Part shown: positions 53,791-64,000 of the stretch, one piece after another
Layout of the letters: the number at the start of each line of letters is the position of its first letter
Numbering within the stretch: the first letter of the stretch is position 1
From: the human T2T-CHM13v2.0 reference genome, Homo sapiens
Assembly: GCF_009914755.1 (NCBI RefSeq)
Contig: NC_060932.1
DNA length: 64,000 bases
Reading direction: 5' to 3' (one strand)
The notes under the pieces: generated by a model
The model's input: the letters and a program-made list of their open reading frames with translations, nothing else
The model's database searches: none
What the model was told of the DNA's origin: nothing
Position numbers and translations under genes: made by a program

Positions 53791-54299
53791 ACACCAGATA
53801 TAAATCTGTCTCTAGACAAAAGAATGAAGAAAACTGGGAATAATAACTATAAAGGACTTTTTCCCCCACATTACAAAAATGTATTTGAAATAATTGACTG
53901 AAGTGACAATAATATATTGGGGGTTAATAACATATATGAAAGCAAAATGTCTGACAATAGTACAAAAGCTGAGTGAGGAGAAACGGAGATGTATAGTTGT
54001 AAGGTTCTTAGACTATATGTAAAGTGGTAGCATATTACATGAAGGCAGATTATAAGTTAAATTTTAAAAATATCAGCACAGATACACATATACACAAAAA
54101 TTGAAAAGTCATAAGATTTGACAATTCAGATGAGTAAATTTGGGAGCTAAGAATTGCATCTCTCCTGTACCTCAAAAATAATTTCTCACATAGATGATCT
54201 ATTTTAAGCCTAAAAATGAAGGTTGATTGTGTGAAACATATGCAAATAATATTACTTTGAAATAGTAAAACCTAGGTTTTGGGTTATTTGTTTGGGGTT

Positions 54300-54609
54300 T
54301 TTTTGTTTGTTTGTATTTTGTTTGTTTTTGAGACGGAGACAGGCTCTGTCGCCCAGGCTACAGTGCAGTGGTTCCATCTTGGCTCACTGCAACCTCTGTC
54401 TCCCGGGTTCAAGCAATTCTCCTGCCTCAGGTTCCTAGTAGCTGGGATATGGGCACGCATCACCACGCCCAGCAAATTTCTGTATTTTTAGTAGAGATGG
54501 GGTTTCACCAGGTTGGCCAGGCTGGTCTCGAACTCCTGACCTCGGGTGATCCACTCTCCTCTGCCTCCCAAATTGCTGAGACTACAGGCGTGAGCCACCA
54601 CACCTAGCT
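54300..54609 (-). mobile_element. AluS
   Basis: Full dimer with (TTTG)n tail. Confidence 0.93.
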
Positions 54610-55789
54610 GTTTTTGTTTTTCTGTTGTTTGTTTGTTTTTTGTTTTAACACATAACTTGCTTTGGACAGAATTAAGTGTAACTCCTGTAAGGAACAAGAA
54701 AACAATATAAGCCTATACTTACACATCCATTACACTGAAAGATTTCTAAACAATTTTTCCACCCTAATTTATGCTAGGCTTTGTTGTTTTAAGATGGCAA
54801 AGTGTATAAATGGTGCCAGTCCCTGCTCAGGCAAAATTTTGAAGTAGAAGAAATGTGTTGTCCATTCCCTGTCCACTCCTCTTTGTATTGGTTATCAACC
54901 TCATACCCAGCCCTTGCAGCTCACTCATGATCTCTCAGCTGTTAATTTTTTTTTTCTGATACTCTGTTCCCAGAAAAATGTACCCATCTTGGTAAGCAGT
55001 ACTTTCCTTTCTATTGTGATAAATATTAACAATGACATAACCTCATGGAGAACTGCAGTTTGCTCCGTCAGTACCATGCTCCAAACAACTGGGAAGGGTG
55101 AGAGAAAAAGGGCAAATGATGTACTTTTCCTCTGTGTGATATTGTGACAATTTTCTAGCATGTTTCTTATATAATAGTGACTGATAAAAAGCCTTGATAC
55201 CAGTAAGCAGTAGCAAATGTACTATTAATGTATTTCCTTTATAATAATTCTTCATGTGTATATTTCAAAAAAAAAAAAAAAAAATTCTGTCAATTGTTTC
55301 TCAGAGCAATCCCAGGAGTTTTCAGGTTTAGAAACCGAATCACAGAAAGTTGAAATGACAAAGGTAATCAAGTAAAGCCTGAACTAGAACATAGGTCTGC
55401 TGAATCCTAGTTAATTGCATTCTCAAAAGCACAAGGAAAAATACTGGAATTGAGTGACAAAGTGGTTGTCTGCATGTTTGGGACTGCTGGCAAGAACTCA
55501 TCTAGACTTTTTACAGCTTGAATAGAATTCATTACTATATGATCTTTGATGGAAATGTTAGAATTGTTCACAAGGGAAAGTCTAAAAATTCTGTCCGTGA
55601 GCAACCTCAGAAAACTGCCGATGCTGCTAAACTTAACTCTGAGAATGGAATTCCACAGATTATCTGGTATTTTCTGCAGCCTGCCCAACTCAATAAACCC
55701 TTCATTCGCCTCTGAATATAATCCTTTGACCTCGTTCTCTTTTAGTTATTTGTTTTTTCATTAAAGTGTTATTCTTTTAGTGGCTTTTT

Positions 55790-56400
55790 TAATCAGCTTT
55801 GATGCCTATGGCTACAAATAACAGAAAACCTAGAGTATTGTACAGGAAGGAAATGTCTCAGCTCTCTTAGCTCTTGTAAAACCCAGAGGTGACTCCAGAA
55901 TGATCTCAGTCGAATACAGCTTCTTTTCTCCTAACTCTCTCTGCTCTGCTGTCCTTGATATGTTGGTTTCATCCTAGGCTGCTTTCCTCATGGTGGTGTT
56001 ATGGCTATAATAGTTCCTATGTACATGTCTGCACTTCACGGTGGCCAAGTTGTTTCCCAAAGCTACCTTATAAGCATGAGGAAGCTTCCTTCCCAGAAGC
56101 CTTGAGAAAACCTCTTCCCATGTTTTATTAGACCAAATTATATCTCATGCCATTCCTGAACCAAGCCCTGTGATTTAAGCAGTGCCATATCTGAATGGCT
56201 TAGGCTTGAGTTTCTGAACCAAAGGAAAGGAAGATCACCCTTAGACCCATTCCACCCCTGGATCCTGGAGGTTGCTGTGTATTTCCCTGAGACACATGGG
56301 CTGGGAGAAGGGGGTGCTGTGAAAAATTAGATTTCTCTTAGGATAGGGGAAAGTGGAATGTATGGTGAGTAGGTAATGATTAATGTCTGCATCAATTGTC
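55790..56400. mobile_element. MaLR LTR (MLT1K-like)
   Basis: tggctacaaataacagaaaacc, ttggtttcatcctaggctg, ttcccagaagcc, catgccattcctgaaccaa. Confidence 0.65.
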
Positions 56401-56572
56401 TTGTTTTTTCCTCATCTGGCTTTTAGAATCATGTAGAATAGTTAAAATAGTGTAAATTTTGATGTAAGACTAGCTTTTAGAGACCTCTTCTGGCACTTGG
56501 CCAGGTTCCTTAACTGCTCTTCTATGCCTCAGTTTCCCCACAATTTTATAATGATTAAAAATAATGTAGTCT

Positions 56573-56885
56573 GGCCAGGTATGGGAGTTTGCATCTGCAA
56601 TCCTAGTACTTTGGTAGGCCAAGACAGGAGGATTGCTTAAGTTCCGGAGTTTGAGACCAGCCTGGGCAATATAGTGAAACCTTGTCTCTACAAAAAATTT
56701 AAAAATTACCGGGTGTGGTGGTGGATGCCTATAGTCTTAGCTACTTTGGAGGCTGAGGTGGAAGAATCACTTGAGCTTGGGAAGTGGAGGTTGTATGCAG
56801 TGTGCTGAGATTGTGCCACTAAACTCCAGCCTGGGTGACAGAGCAAGACCCTGTCTCAAAATGATGATGATAATAATAATAATAA
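56573..56885 (+). mobile_element. AluJ with (ATG)n(AAT)n tail inserted in a MIR
   Basis: AATAATGTAG duplicated; MIR core gcctcagtttcccc upstream and cttagcacatagt downstream. Confidence 0.9.
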
Positions 56886-57666
56886 TAATAATAATGTAGG
56901 CAAGGAACTTAGCACATAGTATATATTTCAATAAGTAAATATAGCTGTTATTAATGGTTTTTTTTTACTTTTGAAATTATAAACAATAAGTGAAAGTTCC
57001 TTTTTCTCCTGCTGAGGCCTGTGCTATCCCCAAATAGTTATTATTAAAATTAGTAGACAAGAAACTGTTCATTAGAGAATGTAGGTAGGATGCTTACCAT
57101 AAAATTCTTTCAAGTTTTTCTGTGTTTGAAAATTTTCGTGATGACATTGAAAAAAATAAGTTTACAAGAATGATAGTGTTGCAATAAAAACCACTGAGGG
57201 TGACTCAAGAGAACTAGAAACCAAAATTCTTCTTAAGACAGCAGTAAGTTTAACCCAGTTCAGGTGAATTGCTGGAATGATGTTTTCCTCTTATGTCCCA
57301 AGCATTCCATTTCTTTATGAGGAAATACGCAGTCTAAAATACTGGGTTTCCTGCATTGAAACTCCTTGGCCTTAACTTTTGTGTGGGCAGCCTACAGCAC
57401 CAAAGTATAATGAAATATGTATGAGATCTCACTAAAAGAGCTCTGGAGTTAGCCACTGAGAAATAAAGGGTGGGAGGGAAAGCTGTGCATAGAAGGAGAA
57501 CCAGGAAAATGACCTTTATTGAGTTCCCATTATGTATGTGCCAAAGGCTCTGTGGTTATAAGGATAAATAAAATACTTTCCCAACCTCAAGAGAGCTCAC
57601 ACCTTAGATCAGAAGACACCCCTCTCAGTAAATAATTATGGCATATGATAAGAAGTGCCATGTGTC

Positions 57667-57983
<317 letters not shown>

Positions 57984-58762
57984 AGTGCCATGTGTCTGAG
58001 AGCATACTGGAGAAAGAAAAACTAGAGGATCTTCATAAATCTTGCAGACTCCTTTAGTTAGGGTTAGGAAGAAGTTGTTAAAGATTGAGATTATTTCCCA
58101 CAGAATTTTGTTGTTGGTTTAAGAGCACAAGTCACTGTTCTGCTGCTGACTTACTAAGATTTAACAGGAAACTTAGACTCCACCTTTTGCCTTTGTCAGC
58201 AAAATCCCCCAGTCTCTCTGTATATGGAGATATAATTGAGAAAGATTACTTGCATTCCCTTCTCTTCTCCATAAATAAGGATGAAGGGCTATCAAGGTCA
58301 GACCAAAATTTTTACAAAGTAAATTGACAATAGTTAGGACAAGATCTTGATATTAATCCCCATTGCCGTCTCTTTTCCCTCCCCTGCTATATATAATCTT
58401 CTTGTCCCCAGCAGGTTATCTGTTAAGAGTCTGCTCTGTTTTGACCCTAGCACTTTGGAATCAGCCCAGTTGACTTTTTTATAACATGTAATATAGCCCA
58501 CTCTTCACTGCTTAATTGCTTTATCATGCTAACTCCTATTACTTTACCAGGGCCTTTTTCCCCTTTCATTTTAGTGATTGTCTTGTTGCAGAATTCGCTA
58601 TAACGGAATCTGACTTATGTAAGATAAGTTATTTTTGTAACCCTTGTCTAGAAAGCTCTTAGAAAGGCATGGGCAGAAAGACTGAAGAAACCCCAAGAAA
58701 ACTTATCAGGAGTTTTTTGCTAGTTTGAGATTCCTCAAAAGACTCTTATCTACATTCATTCC

Positions 58763-59068
<306 letters not shown>

Positions 59069-59129
59069 TGAATGAGCAAAACAATTAAAAAGTCTTGTGC
59101 AAATTTTTTGCAAGGCTAGAGACAAGATT

Positions 59130-59330
59130 AGTAGCTGCTAACATTGGTATAGCTCTTTACAATCCATGAAATTTTTTCACTTACATCATTTAATGTAATC
59201 TCACACCATCCCTGTAAAGTAGGTATTTTCTCCAGTTTATGTTGTCAGTGAGATCTGCAGAGATTACGGTCCCATAACAGGGAAGTGGAAGAGCCAAGGT
59301 TTCGCCTCCAGGTCTTCTGACACTGATTAC
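59130..59330 (-). mobile_element. MIR
   Basis: gctaacattggtatagctctttac...aatctcacaccatccctgtaaagtaggtatt. Confidence 0.7.
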
Positions 59331-59634
59331 AGAGATATTTTATTCTTGAATCTAGGGGACAAGAAGTTATGAGCATATTTCTTTTTGGTAAGTGGAAAGC
59401 AAGCAGGAATTTTCCTTAATGCTTAATTAGTAGACTAGAATTTCCAACTACCCCAGTGAGAGAAGTAGTATCCTGTAATGGATACAAGGTATTTTATATG
59501 AGATATGCAACACAATTTTAGATTGCCTAAAAAACAAAAGGGCACAGATTGATTTTTAATCTACAAATAATTTTATAATGAGGAGAATTAACTGAAATTT
59601 TATTGCAAAGATTATGGCAGTTCACTGTATGCAG

Positions 59635-60550
59635 TTAGCATGTTCAGAATGGAACTCCTGATTTTTCCCTTTCTCCAATCCTACCGCATCCATAGTCTTT
59701 CTCATATTAGTCATATACAACACCCTTTTCCAGTTGCTAAGGCCAAATATGAGTTTATACTCACCTCCTGTTTCTTTCTTAGACGTTGTATCTAATCTGT
59801 CAGGAGATCTTCTTGGCTCTAACTTCAAAATATATCCAGAATTTGACTTCTTATCACTACCTTCACTGTTTGTCTCTCTTCCAAGTTACCATCATCTCTC
59901 ACCTAGATTACTAAGGTAGCCTCATAATTCATCTCCTTTTTGTACCCTATTCTCAACACAGCAGCCAGAGTGATCCTTTTAAAACCTAAGTCAAGTGAGT
60001 CTCTTGTCCCCTCAAAAGCTTTCTTCAAGGAGTCCTGCTTCTTTTAGAGAAAAGCCAGTGTTGACAATGATGGCTTTCAAGGCCCTATGAGATCTAACCC
60101 CTCCATCAGTCTCTGACCTCCTCTTCTACTATGCTGTCCATCACACTGACCTCCTTGCTGTTCCTTGAGCATGTCTTTTGTGATTCCTGCCACCAGACCT
60201 TTGCAAAGGTGCTTTCCCAGCAGCTTGAGTCTTTACTCAATGTCTCCTCCTTGATGAGGCCTACCATGACTTCCCTATTTAAAACTACAGTCTTCCTGTA
60301 GAACCCTTCCTGATCTCCTTTACTCTGCTCTTGTCTTTCTCATACCATGTATAATCTACTAACATACTGCATATTATTTACTTATTTGTGACATTTCCCT
60401 ACCTCCTCGTAATATAGGCTCCACAAGGAGAGTTTTTTTGTTGTTGTTGTTGTTTTTTGTTTTTACTGGTATCTACCCAGTGCCTTAAATTACTGGGCAC
60501 ATAGTAGGGGCTCACTACTAATTTGTTGAATAAGTAAATGATGGATATAA
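59635..60550 (+). mobile_element. L2 (L2a-like) 3' ~0.9 kb
   Basis: ccagttgctaaggccaaa, cacagcagccagagtgatccttttaaaac, ggcacatagtaggggctca...tttgttgaataagtaaatga. Confidence 0.88.
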
Positions 60551-60707
60551 TTAATGAATCACTGCAAAGAAGTTACAGTTTTATTGAGGAGGTAATATTA
60601 TGCTGCTTCTGGTAGCAGTTGACCAATACAGAGCCTTATGTGGTAAAACTACAGATAGAGGTGGTAGAAGTGGGAGATAATTGAAGCCACTGGAAAGGGT
60701 ATATTCA

Positions 60708-60743
60708 ATCACTTCTTGGCCTTTTGGCTGAGATCAAGTGTAG
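60708..60743 (+). pseudogene. 3'-truncated U2 snRNA retropseudogene (nt 1-36)
   Basis: ATCACTTCTTGGCCTTTTGGCTGAGATCAAGTGTAG vs U2 ATCGCTTCTCGGCCTTTTGGCTAAGATCAAGTGTAG: 33/36, two differences at CpGs. Confidence 0.9.
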
Positions 60744-60959
60744 GGAAAATGAAAGTTTCACTGGCTTTGGTAGGTTAGTTTGCCAGCATTGCTTATATAC
60801 TTTCCCTCAGCTTTTTGAAAATCAGATACTCTCCACATGCAGAGATAATGGTACTCATTTATCATCATAAGAACATGCACTTGTTCTTTTGCAATAGTAA
60901 TGTGAAAGGGGCTCACATTTGCAAGGTTGTTAGAGTTAAAGGTAAAGGCTATGTCTATG

Positions 60960-60961
<2 letters not shown>

Positions 60962-61009
<48 letters not shown>

Positions 61010-61014
61010 TTTTT
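60962..61014. repeat. (ACAT)n(AT)n followed by poly-T microsatellite
   Basis: Direct reading. Confidence 0.92.
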
Positions 61015-61715
61015 CTGTGTGAACCCAATTTAACTGACCCAATAGCAAATGAACTAACTTGCATAGATAATTCATTATGTGGGTAGATGGGATACAGAGA
61101 TTGGAAAATGTCATTGGTGGGTTATGTATGTCAGTTGGTGGCCAGTATAGGTTTGATTTTTTCTGATGCTCTGGCCAGCCCAGTTCTTTTGGTTTAAAGT
61201 ACCATTTTTTCTTTTGATGTAGTAAGAACATTTTTCTGTATAAAATAGTCCATTCCTTGGAATGGAAACGGCATTAGATCTTTGTAACTTAGGTAGTTTT
61301 TAGCACTGGATTGTTTAGTTTGTAAAAATATTTGATTTAGACTGAGCTTGTGGCCTGATGATGTTTAGAAGAGCGCCAAAGTGTAACTCATAGAAGATGC
61401 CAGTAAAAACCATAGTTGGAAGGGGTGAATAATGGTTGCATCATTTTCCTGGTAGGTGTAGCCAGGCCTAAAAATCCATCCCTGCTATTTATAAAATGTG
61501 TTCCTAAGGATAAAGTCAGCTGCTATATTGTGAACTACATTATCAAAATAAAATATATGCCAGTGCCTTGAGTCACTGTCCCACTGTCTTTACAGTGTTA
61601 AGGAAGCTATATTTCATCATTGTGTTTTATTGCAGTAATATTTACCCCCACTTTTAATGAACATTTTTGTTCCAGTGAAAACCTTGAACATACCAGGTTT
61701 TTCATTGTGATTTAA

Positions 61716-62079
<364 letters not shown>

Positions 62080-62376
62080 AAGCCTGAGAACACACAAACA
62101 GAAAAGGCTGGGAGGAAGTTAGATATAACATGCAGGAGGTCCACAGTTTTAGACCAGAACTTCTGCTAGGGTAACTATGTATATTATCATCTAAACAGGA
62201 AAATTTTTAGAATAAAATAAATTATTACTAAGTAAGTCAAGACAATACTCATGAAATAGGATTGTTTCAGGCCATCCAAGACATGTGGTCATTTATTTAA
62301 AAGTGGGATGGGTGGGAAACTGCTATTTACTTAACCTCAAACTCTTCACTTTCCCGAAGGCCTTTGTAAAATATCA

Positions 62377-62855
<479 letters not shown>

Positions 62856-64000
62856 CCCAGCAACATTGACAACTCTTAGCTAGTCTGTTTATGAAAAAGA
62901 AGACTACAGTACTAAAATCTGGAATGAAAGAGGTGACAGTAATACTGACTTTACAGAAATAAACAGAATTAGAGGAAACCACATACCGTATGCAAAAATT
63001 AACACAAAATGAATCAGACCTAAATGTAAGAACTAAAATTATAAAACTCTTAGAAGAAAACATAGGAGTAATTTTTTGTGATCTTAGATGAAATGAAAAC
63101 ATATGTCCAACACAATAACTTGTACATGTGATAGCAACATTATTTGTAGTAGCTAAAAGGCAGAAGCAACCTGTATCCATCAACTAATGAATAGATAAAT
63201 AAAAGTGTAGTGCACCATGCAGTAGAATATTACTTGACCATAAAAAAGCAATAAGGTACATGTTATAACATGGATGAGCCCTGTAAACATTGTACAAAGG
63301 GAAAGAAGCTAGTCATTAAAGACTATATACTATATGGCTGCATTTATTTGAATTGTCTACAATAAGCAAGGCCATAGAGACAAAAAGTAGATTTCTGGTT
63401 ACCTCAGGGTCACAGGAAGTAGGGGAGGTGGAGTAGTAGGGGAAGTGCCTGCTAATGGGTATGGGGTTTCTTTGGAAGGGGTGATAAAATGTTCTAAAAT
63501 TGATTGTAGTGATGGTTGTATAACTCTAAATATACAAAAAGCACATTTATATATCCACTTTAAGTAGATGAATTATTATCTCAAAGCATATATTGAAAAA
63601 TTATATCAAGGGTAACAAGTTTGCGAGGATGCGGAGAAAAAGGAACTCTTATGCGTTGTTGGTGGGAATGTAAATGCATCCAGCCATTATGGAAAAAAGT
63701 ATGGAAGTTCCTAAAATAAACTAAAAATAGAACTATCATGTGATCCATTTCTGAGTATATACCCAAAGGAACTGAAATCAATATGCCAAAGAAATATCTG
63801 CACTCCCATATTCATTGCTGCATTATTCACAATAGCTAGGAGTCAACCTAAGTGTTTATCAGCAGATGAATGGATAAAGAAAATGTGGTATATGTCAACA
63901 ATGGAATACTATTCAGCCTTAAAAAGAGGGGAAAATTCTGTCTTTTGTGATAACATGGATGAATCTTGAGGACGTTATGCTAAGTGAAATAAGTCAGGCA
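62856..64000 (+). mobile_element. Mosaic of old L1M fragments; an L1MA-type piece from ~63610 runs off the window
   Basis: aaactcttagaagaaaacataggag, gggtatggggtttcttt, cactcccatattcattgctgcattattcacaatagc. Confidence 0.85.

Noticed and set aside
55407-55764. Three overlapping short ORFs suggesting a hidden exon
   Set aside because: No recognisable protein similarity, no clear acceptor/donor pair, and no match to my recollection of the VPS13B sequence following ...NKAAE.
60758-61231. 157-aa minus-strand ORF
   Set aside because: Runs through a (TA)n/poly-T microsatellite (YIYIYI), with no recognisable domain or splice context.

Overview
Primate (very likely human) genomic DNA, AT-rich and dominated by interspersed repeats. 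The only host coding sequence I can support is two + strand internal exons, 12632-12758 (127 nt) and 14464-14607 (144 nt). They splice in frame to a peptide I recognise as VPS13B/COH1; my recalled numbering is exons 32 and 33. The rest is intron, and the downstream intron runs past the window end. It holds about 27 Alu/FLAM elements, several L1s (a three-layer nested stack at 23.7-31.1 kb and a twin-primed, 5'-inverted copy at 38-40 kb), L2/MIR, MaLR/ERVL LTRs, DNA transposons (Tigger, Charlie1, MER53), a 7SL retropseudogene and a 36-nt U2 snRNA 5' fragment. Almost all ORF-track entries are Alu/L1 artefacts or chance ORFs. I found no convincing new biological system. The best leads are: a 55-nt inverted templated copy of a uniquely rearranged Alu head; co-oriented near-identical L1s and inverted Alus bracketing the two exons (NAHR and circRNA substrates); and several candidate poison pseudoexons. 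Repeat subfamily calls are by eye from remembered consensus features. Boundaries of old repeats are approximate.
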